This document shows, in pieces, positions 29,782 to 40,067 of a DNA stretch of 64,000 nucleotides; position 1 is the first letter of the stretch, and every line of letters starts with the position of its first letter. Origin of the DNA: an uncultured bacterium (lineage in GTDB: Bacteria; Gemmatimonadota; Gemmatimonadetes; Gemmatimonadales; Gemmatimonadaceae); NCBI GenBank assembly GCA_963978095.1, contig CAXBQP010000001.1:64001-128000 (forward strand). The letters are read 5' to 3'. Both the position numbers and the translations under genes were made by a program. The notes under the pieces are model-generated. The model saw only the letters and a list, made by a program, of their open reading frames with translations. It was not told the origin of the DNA and did not search any database.

Positions 29782-30711
29782 TCACCCCGGCAGCATCGAC
29801 CGCACGACGAACCAGACGTTCGCGGGCCGTTCGGCAAGGCGACGCATGTACCACTTGTACCACGAGCTGCCGTAGCTGATCAACGTCTTCACCGTGCGCC
29901 CGTCGCGCACGAGCCGGGCTTGGTCGGCATCGCGGATCCCGTACAGCATGTGGATCTCGTACTTGCCATCGGCCACGCCGATCTCCTTGGCCGCGGCGAC
30001 AATGCGGTCGACGAGCGGAATGTCGTGCGTGCCGAAGATGGGGAAACAGTTGCCCTTGGCCGCCTGCTGCAGCATCGTCACGGCCACCTCGTAATACGCA
30101 CGGTCCGTATCGGCTTTGACCGGGAACGCGATATGCGCGGGCTCGGCATATGCCCCTTTCACGAGCCGGACGATCGGTTGGACCGCCATCAGGCGCTCGA
30201 TATCCTGCGGCGTGCGCAGCAGGTACGCTTGAATGGCGAGACCGCAGTTGGGATAGGCGCGCTTCACGTTCTCATAGAGCGCCAGCGTGCGGTCCACGTA
30301 ACTCGAGTCCTCCATGTCGATCCACAGGATCGAGCCGCATGCCGCGGCCTTTGCCGCCAGCACATCGAGATGCGTCGCGCAGGTCTCCGGTGAGAGATCG
30401 AGACCAAGCTGGGTCGGCTTCACCGACACATGGCCGTCGATGCCGCGCGCCTGGATCATGTCGTAAAACGTCAGATAGTGGTCGCGGACGGCATCAGCCT
30501 CGTCGAGACGGGTGAGGTTCTCCCCGAGTTTCGTGAACACGGTCCCCCGTCCGCCGCGCCCCAAGACCTGCGCGGCATCCAACGCGTCCTCCGGCGCTTC
30601 GCCCGGCATGAACTTCTTGACGGCACGCTTCACGAACCCGCGATGCAACGCCTGATCGTTCAAGAAGGCGCTCTTGGACATCGCCAACAAAATGCTTCGA
30701 CCGATTCCCAT
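29782..30711 (-). CDS. Monofunctional proline dehydrogenase
   Basis: SVKPTQLG, WIDMED, IQAYL, RLVKGAY, GTHD, MLYGIR, YMRRLAERPAN. Confidence 0.93.
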   Translation of the reverse strand: MGIGRSILLAMSKSAFLNDQALHRGFVKRAVKKFMPGEAPEDALDAAQVLGRGGRGTVFTKLGENLTRLDEADAVRDHYLTFYDMIQARGIDGHVSVKPTQLGLDLSPETCATHLDVLAAKAAACGSILWIDMEDSSYVDRTLALYENVKRAYPNCGLAIQAYLLRTPQDIERLMAVQPIVRLVKGAYAEPAHIAFPVKADTDRAYYEVAVTMLQQAAKGNCFPIFGTHDIPLVDRIVAAAKEIGVADGKYEIHMLYGIRDADQARLVRDGRTVKTLISYGSSWYKWYMRRLAERPANVWFVVRSMLPG

Positions 30712-30776
30712 GACCTAGTCTCCTGGTGGCGCGCCCTGCACAGGCGCCAGTCCTTCGATCCCCTGAGGCGAGAGGC

Positions 30777-32009
30777 TCAGGGCGTCCACTTCCCCTTCGC
30801 GACCGCCGGCACGAACGTGTCGACGCCGCGCGGCGGGAACGACAGCGTCTTCTCCTGCTCGGCGCTCTGATAGGCGGCCATCAACATTTTCACGACGTCG
30901 ACGCCGTCATCCCACGTGAGCAGCGGCGTCTCCTTGCCCTGGAACACCCGCACGAAGTGGCGATCCTCGCCGGTATAGCCGTACGCACTGTACTCCTCCG
31001 GCACGACGGGCATGACCCCCTGCTCGGCGTTCTGCTTCTCCACCAGATCCTCGCCGGCACGCCCCGTGACTTCGCGGCTGAAGAACAGCTGCAGGCCACT
31101 GTCGAGCGAATTCCATTTCATCGAATACTCGGGACCGAGCAGTTCGGCGGAGAGACGCAACCCCGCGCCGACGAAGCTCCAACTCGTGCTCGCCTCACCG
31201 ATGGCGCGTCCGCCGGGCGTGTCGAACTCGATCATGACGCTCGCGAAGTCCTCGCTCGGCGTCTTCGCGTAGTCCACCCCCATGCGTTTCTTGAGCTGCT
31301 TGGTGTAGTGCGGACGAGACCACTTCAGACTCGCGATGTGTCCCGTGACCTTGACCGGTTTCACCGTGGCCAGGGCCTCGCCGGGCTTGCAGAGCAGATA
31401 GCGGACGACGAGCGCCGAATGGCACATCATGTCGTTGAGCACACCGCCGCCCTGCAAGCGGCCGTTCCAGAACCAAGGCATGTGGGGGCCACTGTGCTCC
31501 TCCGCGGCGCGCGCCAGATATGGACGCCCGGTGGTGGCAGCGCCGCGTGCCCACAGCAAGTTCTTGCCGGCCTCCACATGCGGAGCCCAGAGCTGGTTCT
31601 CCAGATACCCGTGGGCGAGCCCGACACTCTTGACCAGTTTGGTGATGTACGTCGCTTCCGCGACGTTTCGCGCCAGCGGTTTTTCGCAGGCGATCCCCTT
31701 GAGCGTCCCCTTCCCTCCGCGGATCGCATGGACGATCTCCTCCACATTCTCGATCCGGGCTTGGTTCGGCCCCGTCAGCCAGATCGCCTCGATGGCCGGA
31801 TCGGCCACCATGGCGGTGATGCTCGTGTACGCCTTCGCCGGCCCGATGTCGAGGGAACGGGCGAACGCGGCCGCCGATGCCGCGTTCTTGGCGTTGGGGC
31901 TCCACACGCCGAGGACATCGGCGTCACGCACGCCGCGCCATCCCAGCATGTGAAACCGGGCGTTGAAGCCGGAACCGATGAAGCCTACGCCAAGTCGGGA
32001 GTTGGACAT
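30777..32009 (-). CDS. Gfo/Idh/MocA family oxidoreductase
   Basis: GFIGSGF Rossmann motif, CEKPLA, GGGVLNDMMCH. Confidence 0.92.
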   Translation of the reverse strand: MSNSRLGVGFIGSGFNARFHMLGWRGVRDADVLGVWSPNAKNAASAAAFARSLDIGPAKAYTSITAMVADPAIEAIWLTGPNQARIENVEEIVHAIRGGKGTLKGIACEKPLARNVAEATYITKLVKSVGLAHGYLENQLWAPHVEAGKNLLWARGAATTGRPYLARAAEEHSGPHMPWFWNGRLQGGGVLNDMMCHSALVVRYLLCKPGEALATVKPVKVTGHIASLKWSRPHYTKQLKKRMGVDYAKTPSEDFASVMIEFDTPGGRAIGEASTSWSFVGAGLRLSAELLGPEYSMKWNSLDSGLQLFFSREVTGRAGEDLVEKQNAEQGVMPVVPEEYSAYGYTGEDRHFVRVFQGKETPLLTWDDGVDVVKMLMAAYQSAEQEKTLSFPPRGVDTFVPAVAKGKWTP

Positions 32010-32100
32010 GGTCGGAAGAGATCGAGGAGGTGGTGACTGCCGTTGAAAACTATGAGACGGCACGCACGTCCAGAAGCGTCCATGAGGCGTGCTCGCGTCG

Positions 32101-32328
32101 TCACGCCTCGCGCTTGGGATACACCGTGCGTCCGCCGGTGACGGTCCGGACGACCTTGATGTCCTTGATGGTGTTCGGGTCCACGTCGTGGGGATCCTTC
32201 TCGAGCAACACGAAATCCGCGAGCTTCCCCGCCGTGATCGAACCCTTGGCCAGTGGTGGCGCCGCGGCAGCACCGGCGATTAGCGCACTCATCCCCAGGA
32301 AATCCTTCCGCGTCACCTTCCTGCTCAT
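32101..32328 (-). pseudogene. Internally deleted Tat-exported amidohydrolase (amidohydrolase_3-type) remnant
   Basis: Tat-like signal TRKDFL joined directly to the C-terminal motif [31 protein letters not shown], catalytic barrel absent. Confidence 0.7.
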
Positions 32329-32346
32329 CGCTGCACCCCCGGAGAG

Positions 32347-33699
32347 TTAGTGCCCCTCGCCGACGATCGCCGAGTAGACCAGGTCAGGGAACCTGGCGCG
32401 GATGTCGGCGCCACTGTTCGGCAGCATCTGCATCATGAACACGATGACCAAGCGTTCTTTGGGATCGACCCGGTACACGGTTCCGTAGGCGCCGCCCCAC
32501 CCGAAGGCGCCGGGGTTCGCGAACCCGTTGGCCCCGAGGCGCTCCACGGTCTCGAATCCGAGTCCGAAGCCCATGGCACCATCGCCCGAGTACAAGGTGC
32601 CGAGCATGTTGTTCGTCATCAGCCGCACGGACGCTGGCGCAAGGATGCGCACATTCCCCGTGGCGCCTCCGCTCCGGATGCACTCCAGGAACTTCGCATA
32701 ATCGAAGGCGGTGCTGACGAGTCCCGCGCCACCGGAATAATTCGCGCGCGGGCCATCGACATAATGTCCTTGGCCCTTGGCCCCGTCCGGGGCACGACGG
32801 ACACGCCCCGTGGAATCCGTGGTGTACACGGCCGTTAACCGTTCACGTTTGCCGCGGGGGAGGAAGAAATAGGTGTCCCGCATCCCGAGTGGGCGCGTGA
32901 TGTGGTGCTCCAGGTACACCTCGAGGGGCTCGTGCGACACACGCTCGACCACACAGCCGAGGATGTCGAGGCTGTAGCCATACACGAACCCTTGCCCCGG
33001 TTGGGCCACGGCCGGGAGTGTCGCGAGCCGTTCCATCGTGGTACAGATCGGTTCCTCCTTGTCGGCCGTGTACCAACCGAACCCCGCGGCAGGACCGAGC
33101 CCCTTGGCGGCGTAGAGCGGAGCGACGAGTTCGTCCGTACCGTAGGAATATCCCGATGTGTGCGTCAACAGGTCACGGATCGTGATCCGTCGCTTGGCCG
33201 GAACAATGACTCGGCCGCTGTCGGTCCGCATGGCGACGGTCGTGCGGTCGAAGGCCGGAATGAATCGACCGACAGGATCGCTCAGGGAGATCTTTCCCTG
33301 CTCGACCAGCTGCAGGATCGCCGCGCTCACGATCGACTTGGATTGCGAGGCGATCCGGAAGATCGCATCGCTCGTCATTTGACGGCCGATCTCCTTGTCG
33401 GCCCAGCCGACGGCGTGCTGGTACACGACCTTGCCGTCCCGCAGCACCAGCCCCACGGCACCGCTGATCCGTTGCTCATCGACGTACCGCTGCATGAACG
33501 TGTCGATGCGCGCCAGCCGGTCGGTCGCAAAGCCGTTGTCGAGCGTCGTCCCGCCCTCGTCGCCGGCTGCTTTGCCGGTGCGAGTGACCGCGATCTTCGC
33601 GGCCGGTTTTTTGGGTGCCGTCTTCTTCTGCCCCTGGACCGCCACGGCGGGAACGAGCGCGGCGAGCAGACCGAGCAGCAGTCGGCGGGATGACCGCAT
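32347..33699 (-). CDS. Exported serine hydrolase, beta-lactamase class C-like family
   Basis: FRIASQSK (SxxK), LLTHTSG, YGYS, GWGGAYG. Confidence 0.92.
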   Translation of the reverse strand: MRSSRRLLLGLLAALVPAVAVQGQKKTAPKKPAAKIAVTRTGKAAGDEGGTTLDNGFATDRLARIDTFMQRYVDEQRISGAVGLVLRDGKVVYQHAVGWADKEIGRQMTSDAIFRIASQSKSIVSAAILQLVEQGKISLSDPVGRFIPAFDRTTVAMRTDSGRVIVPAKRRITIRDLLTHTSGYSYGTDELVAPLYAAKGLGPAAGFGWYTADKEEPICTTMERLATLPAVAQPGQGFVYGYSLDILGCVVERVSHEPLEVYLEHHITRPLGMRDTYFFLPRGKRERLTAVYTTDSTGRVRRAPDGAKGQGHYVDGPRANYSGGAGLVSTAFDYAKFLECIRSGGATGNVRILAPASVRLMTNNMLGTLYSGDGAMGFGLGFETVERLGANGFANPGAFGWGGAYGTVYRVDPKERLVIVFMMQMLPNSGADIRARFPDLVYSAIVGEGH

Positions 33700-33708
33700 C
33701 ACACGCCG

Positions 33709-34332
33709 CTAGAACCGCGAAGGGATGCGCGTCTTCATCACATCATGGTCGACGCCCAGATGCTGCATTGCGGCCGGCGGGCAGCCGGGCCACGCAGGCA
33801 GCGCGACGTTGCCCATGTACTGCAGGTCCTTGACCCCCATCTGACTCGAGAAGAAACCGCTGGCCGTGAAGTCGCGCAGCCGATTGAAGTGCGCCACTCC
33901 TTCTGCCAGCTCCTTCTTGGCCGTCTTCGGCCACGCGATCTGGTCGAGCAGCTGCTTGCGCTGCTCGACCGAGCACTTGGCGAATGATTTGCTGAACGAG
34001 TTGTAGGCAAAGCCGTCGATCCAGCGCAGCGCCTCACGGGTGTTTTGATACGACGGATACTCGATGCAGATCCAATCCATGAACTCCGGCACGCCAGCCT
34101 CGGTCGCGCTGCCGGAGCGGGCATCCCGCGGGATGATCAAGTCCACGAGGATGCGCAGCGCCTGCCATTCATCCGGCTTGAAGAACTTGGGTACGTACGG
34201 CGCGCCAAGCCCTGCGTTCTCCAGTGCGGCGGTCGCGTGGAGCGACGCTTTCATGGCGTCGACATTGGAGATCGGCACGAACGCGAGCGGCGCCACCGCC
34301 GCCGCCTTGAGCATGTCACGACGCGTGGTCAT
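33709..34332 (-). CDS. Gluconate-2-dehydrogenase subunit 3 family protein (Tat)
   Basis: TRRDMLK, IIPRD..SGSATEAGVPEF, GFFSSQMG..YMGN. Confidence 0.9.
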   Translation of the reverse strand: MTTRRDMLKAAAVAPLAFVPISNVDAMKASLHATAALENAGLGAPYVPKFFKPDEWQALRILVDLIIPRDARSGSATEAGVPEFMDWICIEYPSYQNTREALRWIDGFAYNSFSKSFAKCSVEQRKQLLDQIAWPKTAKKELAEGVAHFNRLRDFTASGFFSSQMGVKDLQYMGNVALPAWPGCPPAAMQHLGVDHDVMKTRIPSRF

Positions 34333-36023
34333 ACCGAGCCCTCCTTGACGGCTTTCGCGAGGTATTCACTGGTCTTCCAGGCCAGCGCCAGGATGGTCCA
34401 GGTCGGATTCTTGTCGGCTTGCGTCACGAACGGCGACCCGTCGACCGCGAACAGATTCTTGCAATCGTGGGCCTGGCAGTTGGCGTTCAGCGCTGAGGAT
34501 TTGGCATCGTGCCCCATGCGCACACCGCCCACTTCGTGAATGATCGAACCGCCGTTCGCGATGCCATACCCCCGCTCCTTGCTTGGCATGGGCGACGAGA
34601 TCTCCCCGCCCATCTCGGTCAGCAGTGCGCGGAATGTCTCCTGCATGTGCTTCACCTGGTTCAACTCGTAATCCGTCCATTTCCAGTGGAAGCGCAGCAC
34701 GGGAATCCCATAGCGATCCTTCTTGGATGGGTCGATCTCGCAATAGGAGCCATCATTGGGCAACATCTCGCCCCGGCCGTCGAAGCCAATGGTCGTCCCC
34801 CAGTACTTCCGGTAGTCGGCCTTCAGATCGGCGCCATACCCGCCGCCGCCGGGATACCGGTGAATGCCGCCCATGAAGCCGTTGCTCGGCTGTCCCTTGC
34901 CGCCCCACACCTCGATGTGGTAGCCGCGCGGGAAGTCCAGCTTCTTGTTGTCCTCCCACCACGGCATGTACACATGCATCCCCCCGACACCGTCGCAGTT
35001 GTGGTTCGGCTGGCCAACGAGCCCCGGAATGAACGCGGAGACCCCCGCGCCGACCGTGTCGGTGATGTACCGGCCCACGACACCACTCGAGTTCGCCAGG
35101 CCATTCGGGTGAACCGACGACTTGGAGTTGAGCAGCAGACGGGCGGACTCGCACGCGCTCGCCGCGAGGACGACCACGCGCGCCTTCACATGACGGTCCT
35201 CGCCACTGTGCTTGTCGACATAGCTCACGCCGGTCGCGAGCCCTTGGGCGTCCGTCGTGATCTCGCGCGCCATGGCATTGGTGATGAGCGTCAGCTTGCC
35301 GGTCTTCATCGCGGGGTAGATCAGCACGTTGGGCGACGTGAAGTTCGCATTCATCGTGCAACCGCGATTGCACTGCCCGCAATAGTGGCAGGCGGCCCGG
35401 CCGTGGATCGGCTTCGTGATGATCGAGAGGCGACTCGGGATGCACGTGATGTTGAGCGTGTCACTCGCCTTCTTCACCAGCAACTCGCGACAGCGCGGCT
35501 TCGGTGCAGGCAGGAAGTTGCCGTCGGGATGGTTGCGCAAACCCTCATTGGATCCGAAGATGCCGACGTAGTCGTCGACCTTGTCGTAGTAGGGCTTGAT
35601 GTCGTCGTACGAGATGGGCCAATCGTCGCCGAGTCCATCGATCGACTTGTGCTTGAAATCATCAGGGCCGAAGCGGAGCGAGATGCGCCCCCAGTGATTC
35701 GTGCGACCGCCCACCATGCGGGCACGCCACCAATCGAACTTGGTGCCTTCTGCCTTGGTGTAGGGCTCACCGTCGATCTCCCATCCGCCGATGCAGGCAT
35801 CAAACTCGCCAAAGGGTCGTTCCTTCGTGCTCGCCCCGCGCCGCGGCGTCTCGTACGGCATCGTCAGCATCTTGGAGTCCTTGGTGTTGTCCCAGGGACC
35901 ACCAGCCTCCAGCATCACGACGTTCGCGCCCGCTTTGGTGAGCACATGGGCGGCCATGCCGCCACCGGCCCCTGAGCCGATGATGGCCACGTCGTAGGTC
36001 ACGCGCTTGGGTTGGGTCTGCAT
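34329..36023 (-). CDS. GMC flavoprotein oxidoreductase (glycoside 3-dehydrogenase large-subunit type)
   Basis: IGSGAGG, GGRTNHWGR, CHYCGQCNRGC Fe-S-type Cys cluster, IHEVGG, NPTWTILALA. Confidence 0.9.
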   Translation of the reverse strand: MQTQPKRVTYDVAIIGSGAGGGMAAHVLTKAGANVVMLEAGGPWDNTKDSKMLTMPYETPRRGASTKERPFGEFDACIGGWEIDGEPYTKAEGTKFDWWRARMVGGRTNHWGRISLRFGPDDFKHKSIDGLGDDWPISYDDIKPYYDKVDDYVGIFGSNEGLRNHPDGNFLPAPKPRCRELLVKKASDTLNITCIPSRLSIITKPIHGRAACHYCGQCNRGCTMNANFTSPNVLIYPAMKTGKLTLITNAMAREITTDAQGLATGVSYVDKHSGEDRHVKARVVVLAASACESARLLLNSKSSVHPNGLANSSGVVGRYITDTVGAGVSAFIPGLVGQPNHNCDGVGGMHVYMPWWEDNKKLDFPRGYHIEVWGGKGQPSNGFMGGIHRYPGGGGYGADLKADYRKYWGTTIGFDGRGEMLPNDGSYCEIDPSKKDRYGIPVLRFHWKWTDYELNQVKHMQETFRALLTEMGGEISSPMPSKERGYGIANGGSIIHEVGGVRMGHDAKSSALNANCQAHDCKNLFAVDGSPFVTQADKNPTWTILALAWKTSEYLAKAVKEGSV

Positions 36024-36081
36024 CTCGGAAACCGGAAGGTTGGGAATGCCATCGCGCCGCCGACCTGCGCGGCGCGTTGCC

Positions 36082-36963
36082 TCAGAACTCGAGCGTGCTC
36101 AAATACCGATAGCTGGCGGTGATGCTCGCGAACACGTCCTTCGGTTGATCGTGCTCGACGATGAAGTGCTGGAAGCCGGCCTGCTTCGACTCCCGAAAGA
36201 TGGCCGTCCAGTTGATGACGCCCGCCCCGACGTCGCGCATTTCATGCTGCGGGGCGCCGCCGGAGTCCTTGACGTGCGCCAGCCGGAACCGCCCCGGATA
36301 CTTCTTGAAGTACGCGAGGGGATCCTGGCCGGCGTTGGTGATCCAGTACAGGTCCATCTCGAAATCCACCAGCGCCGGATCCGTTTCGCCGAGCAGCACG
36401 TCAAGCGGCATCACGCTCCCCGTCGGCGCGCCGACCGGCTTGAACTCGGCGTTGTGGTTGTGGTAGGCAAAACGCATCCCCGCATCGCGGCAGCGGGCAC
36501 CGGCTTCGTTGAACCGCTTCGCGAGATCCTTCAGCCCCTCGATCGACGCCAGCGATTTCCCGGGTACGGACGCCACGATCACCCACTGGTGGCCGAGGGC
36601 CTTCGCAGCAGCGGCGGTGGTCGCCCACTGCGCCTCGACTTGGGGCATCCCGACATGACAGGAGGGCGCGGTCAGGGCGAGGGAGTCGAGCTTGGCGCGC
36701 AACGCGCCGGGGTCCCGATCGAAATAGCCGGCAAACTCGACGTCGCGATACCCGATCGCCGCGACCTTTTCGAGTGTTGCCTCGACGCTCTTGGCCATCT
36801 CGGACCGGGCGGTGTAGAGCTGAAGGCCGACGCGACCGAGTCGCGTGCGCAGACGATCGGAGAGGGCGCTGTGCGGCACCTGTGCGGCGCGCACGGCACC
36901 GGGCATCAGGCCGACGGCCGCGGCCGCAGCGGCGGTCGTGAGGAAGTCGCGGCGAGTGGTCAC
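36082..36963 (-). CDS. Tat-exported sugar-phosphate isomerase/epimerase (TIM barrel)
   Basis: TRRDFL, GLQLYT, YHNH..EF, EMDLYW, HVKD, VEHD. Confidence 0.9.
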   Translation of the reverse strand: MTTRRDFLTTAAAAAAVGLMPGAVRAAQVPHSALSDRLRTRLGRVGLQLYTARSEMAKSVEATLEKVAAIGYRDVEFAGYFDRDPGALRAKLDSLALTAPSCHVGMPQVEAQWATTAAAAKALGHQWVIVASVPGKSLASIEGLKDLAKRFNEAGARCRDAGMRFAYHNHNAEFKPVGAPTGSVMPLDVLLGETDPALVDFEMDLYWITNAGQDPLAYFKKYPGRFRLAHVKDSGGAPQHEMRDVGAGVINWTAIFRESKQAGFQHFIVEHDQPKDVFASITASYRYLSTLEF

Positions 36964-37030
36964 CACAAGAGATTGGCTGAGGGACCCGAACTTCGCAACT
37001 GTATAGGGGCTGACCACCGCGCCCCCCCGC

Positions 37031-38365
37031 TCAGAACGCGGCGTCCACCTTCAACAACGTGTGCAGCAGAACGTTGGCGCCGTTCGTGATGTCCTCCGGC
37101 GACGAGAACTCGGTCGGCGCATGACTGATCCCCTTCAGGCTCGGCACGAAGACCATTCCCACCGGGCAGATCTGGGCCAGGTCCTGAGCGTCGTGCCCCG
37201 CGCCACTCGGCAACGTGATGTGGGAGAGCCCCAATTCCCGAGCTGACGCAGCGACCATCGCCCGGATGCGCAGATCGGTGGGCGCCGGGATGTTGTCCGT
37301 GAACTGGTGGAACTCGAACGTGGTGTCGTTCATCGCCCCCACCTTCGCCGACTCGGTTTTGATTCGGGCGAATAACGTGTCGATCTTCTTGCCGTCGAGG
37401 TCGCGAATCTCCAACGTGAGGACGACCTTCCCGGGAATCACGTTCGGAGCGCCGGGGAAGGCCTGGATGCGTCCGACGGTGCCAACCTGGCGCCCGGGGG
37501 TCGCGCGGATCACGCGGTTCACCATCTCCGTGAATCGCGCCGCGCTGAGCATCGCGTCCCGTCGCTCGGCCATCGCGGTCGTCCCGGCATGATTGGCGAA
37601 GCCGCTGATGGTGACTTCCCACTGCTTGATCCCCACGATCCCCTCGACCACGCCGATCTGCTTCTTCTGCTGGTCGAGGGTTCCCCCCTGTTCGATATGC
37701 AGCTCGAGATACGCGGCGACCGAACCCTTGGCACGCCGCGTGCGCTCCAGATGCGCGGGGTCACCGCCAAGGAAGGCGATGCCCTCGCGGATCGTCTTGC
37801 CGCTGCGGCTGACGGTGTTGAGCTCCGCCTCCGTGAGCACCGCCGTGGCCGCATGACTTCCCCACAGCCCGCCCTCCTCGTTCTGCCAGATCACGACCTC
37901 GAGGGGATGCCGCGTCGTGATGCCAGCCTCACCCAACGTCTGCGCGACTTCGATCGCGCCCATCGAGCCGACCTGCCCGTCGTAGTTCCCGCCTTCGGGG
38001 ACCGAATCGATATGAGAGCCGATGATGATGCTCGGACGCGACGGATCCGAACCGGCGCGCCGACCGATGATGTTGCCAGCGGCGTCGATCGAGACGTCGA
38101 GCTTCGCATCACGGAGCATCTGCTGTACGAGCACCCGGGCATCACGGTCGGCATCGCTGTACGCGAGTCGCGAGACCCCGCCCTGCGGGTTCCTCCCGAA
38201 CGCATGCAGTTGCTCGAGATGTGCATTGAGCCTGCCACCGTTCACGGTCGGTACCGCCCACCGCGGGAACGGCTCCGCGTGCATGTGACGCGGCAGGAGC
38301 GCCGCACCAAGGACACCTGCGACCGCAGTTCCGAACTCACGGCGGGACCAGTGATGTGATGACAT
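37031..38365 (-). CDS. M20 Zn-dependent amidohydrolase (N-carbamoylase/allantoate amidohydrolase type), Tat signal
   Basis: SRREF, GSHIDSV..GGNYDG, NEEG, ELHIEQG, NHAGTT, SGAGHDA. Confidence 0.92.
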   Translation of the reverse strand: MSSHHWSRREFGTAVAGVLGAALLPRHMHAEPFPRWAVPTVNGGRLNAHLEQLHAFGRNPQGGVSRLAYSDADRDARVLVQQMLRDAKLDVSIDAAGNIIGRRAGSDPSRPSIIIGSHIDSVPEGGNYDGQVGSMGAIEVAQTLGEAGITTRHPLEVVIWQNEEGGLWGSHAATAVLTEAELNTVSRSGKTIREGIAFLGGDPAHLERTRRAKGSVAAYLELHIEQGGTLDQQKKQIGVVEGIVGIKQWEVTISGFANHAGTTAMAERRDAMLSAARFTEMVNRVIRATPGRQVGTVGRIQAFPGAPNVIPGKVVLTLEIRDLDGKKIDTLFARIKTESAKVGAMNDTTFEFHQFTDNIPAPTDLRIRAMVAASARELGLSHITLPSGAGHDAQDLAQICPVGMVFVPSLKGISHAPTEFSSPEDITNGANVLLHTLLKVDAAF

Positions 38366-38430
38366 GAAGCGGCACTCGATGACGGTTAGGGTTCGAAACT
38401 CGCGGCCAATGTGCGGCACAGGCCTCGGGC

Positions 38431-39516
38431 TCAGGGAACGATCAACGCCTTCACGACCTCGCGATGGGCCACTGCCGCCAGCGCCTCGTTGGCTTGCTCC
38501 AATCCGAAGCGCGCCGTGATGGCATCGGCCCACGGCAGGCGTTGTCCCTGATGGGCCAACAGCTGCAGCGCCCGGTGCACATGCGAGTAATCACACCCCC
38601 AGCAGCCGCGAAGCTCGACATGCTTGCGATTGATGGCAAGGTGCGGATTGATGGTGACGTCCCCGGCGTTCGTGTATTGTCCGGCGATCACGACGCGCCC
38701 GCCGTCGCGTACGAGTTCCAGCGCCTGCGGGACCGCGCGAGGATCCCCCGCGGCCTCGATCACCACGTCGACGCCGCGCCCCCCGGTCCAAGCCCGCACC
38801 TGTGCGGCGCGCTCGGACTCCGGCACGTCGAGACCGAGCGTGTGAGTCGCCCCCATCTGCCTCGCAAATTCCAAGCGGGAGGCCGGAGCACCGATGGCGA
38901 TCACGGGGTACGCGCCGCTCAGGCGACTGAGCGCGACCGCGGCCTGCCCCACCGGCCCAGCACCGAGTACCGCAACGGCATCGCCCAACGCCACCTGCCC
39001 CCGCTCGACCGCGTGGACGGAGGTCACCAGTCCGCACCCGCCGGCGATGAAGGTCACGGGATCCACACCAGCCGGGATCCGCAGCATCTTCACGCCAGGC
39101 TTCATCCAGATGTGGGTGGCCCATCCGCCGAGCGGCCCGTCGTTCATGCCGTACGTGATGCCGTACACCTTCCGCTTGGGACACCGCGTCGTCTGCTTGG
39201 TGACCAAGCACTCGTAGCATCGGCCGCACGTTTCATGCACATCGAGAAAGGTCACCAGATCACCTTCCCGAAACGGCTCGCCGTCGATATCCGTCACCAC
39301 GCCACGGATCTCCTCGAGATGACCGATCGACACATGCCCGGGAATCAGCGGATACGGGACGCCACTCAGCTTCCCCTGCTGCAAATGGACATCGGTGCCG
39401 CACACTTCGGAGTAGAGCGTGCGCAGGAGCGCGGCGCCCGGCTCCAAGGTGGGGCGCGGCAGCTCCCGAAGCTCTACGGGAGCGCCAGCATGCGGAATCA
39501 CGGCGGCACGTATCAT
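38431..39516 (-). CDS. Zn-dependent alcohol dehydrogenase family protein
   Basis: CGTDVH, CGRCYEC..C structural Zn motif, GAGPVG. Confidence 0.9.
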   Translation of the reverse strand: MIRAAVIPHAGAPVELRELPRPTLEPGAALLRTLYSEVCGTDVHLQQGKLSGVPYPLIPGHVSIGHLEEIRGVVTDIDGEPFREGDLVTFLDVHETCGRCYECLVTKQTTRCPKRKVYGITYGMNDGPLGGWATHIWMKPGVKMLRIPAGVDPVTFIAGGCGLVTSVHAVERGQVALGDAVAVLGAGPVGQAAVALSRLSGAYPVIAIGAPASRLEFARQMGATHTLGLDVPESERAAQVRAWTGGRGVDVVIEAAGDPRAVPQALELVRDGGRVVIAGQYTNAGDVTINPHLAINRKHVELRGCWGCDYSHVHRALQLLAHQGQRLPWADAITARFGLEQANEALAAVAHREVVKALIVP

Positions 39517-40067
39517 GGCGTCAGCAGATCGAGGAAATGCTTGCGCAGCTTGGCGACCTTCGGCTCGATCGTCACGGCGCAATATGCGTTGTGCGGATTC
39601 CGCGCGTAGTAATCCTGATGATAGGCCTCTGCCGGATAGTAGTTCGTCAGCGGCGTGACCTCGGTGACGATCGTGCCGCTCCAGATCCCCGCCGCGGTGA
39701 AATCAGCGATGGTGGCGCGCGCCGTGGCGGCCTGATCCATGGAATGCGTGAACACGGCCGACCGATACTGTGTCCCAACGTCGCCACCCTGTCGATTCAG
39801 CGTCGTCGGATCGTGTACGGTGAAAAAGACCTCGAGCAACTGCCGATAGCTGATTTGCGCCGAATCGAACTCGACGCGGATGACCTCGGCGTGTCCTGTG
39901 ACGCCAGTACACACCTGCTCGTAGGTCGGATTCGGACGACGCCCGCCGCTGTAGCCGTTCTCCACATGATGCACGCCACGAAGCAGGCGAAACACGGCTT
40001 CGACGCACCAGAAACAGCCGCCCGCGAGCGTGGCGCTCTCGCGTGTGGAAGGTGGGCGGTCCGTCAC
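39513..40067 (-). CDS. msrA: Peptide-methionine (S)-S-oxide reductase
   Basis: [30 protein letters not shown]. Confidence 0.96.
   Translation of the reverse strand: MTDRPPSTRESATLAGGCFWCVEAVFRLLRGVHHVENGYSGGRRPNPTYEQVCTGVTGHAEVIRVEFDSAQISYRQLLEVFFTVHDPTTLNRQGGDVGTQYRSAVFTHSMDQAATARATIADFTAAGIWSGTIVTEVTPLTNYYPAEAYHQDYYARNPHNAYCAVTIEPKVAKLRKHFLDLLTP

Noticed and set aside
32347..33699. Antibiotic-resistance beta-lactamase
   Set aside because: Only the generic SxxK serine-hydrolase fold is evident, and such proteins are commonly esterases or peptidases.
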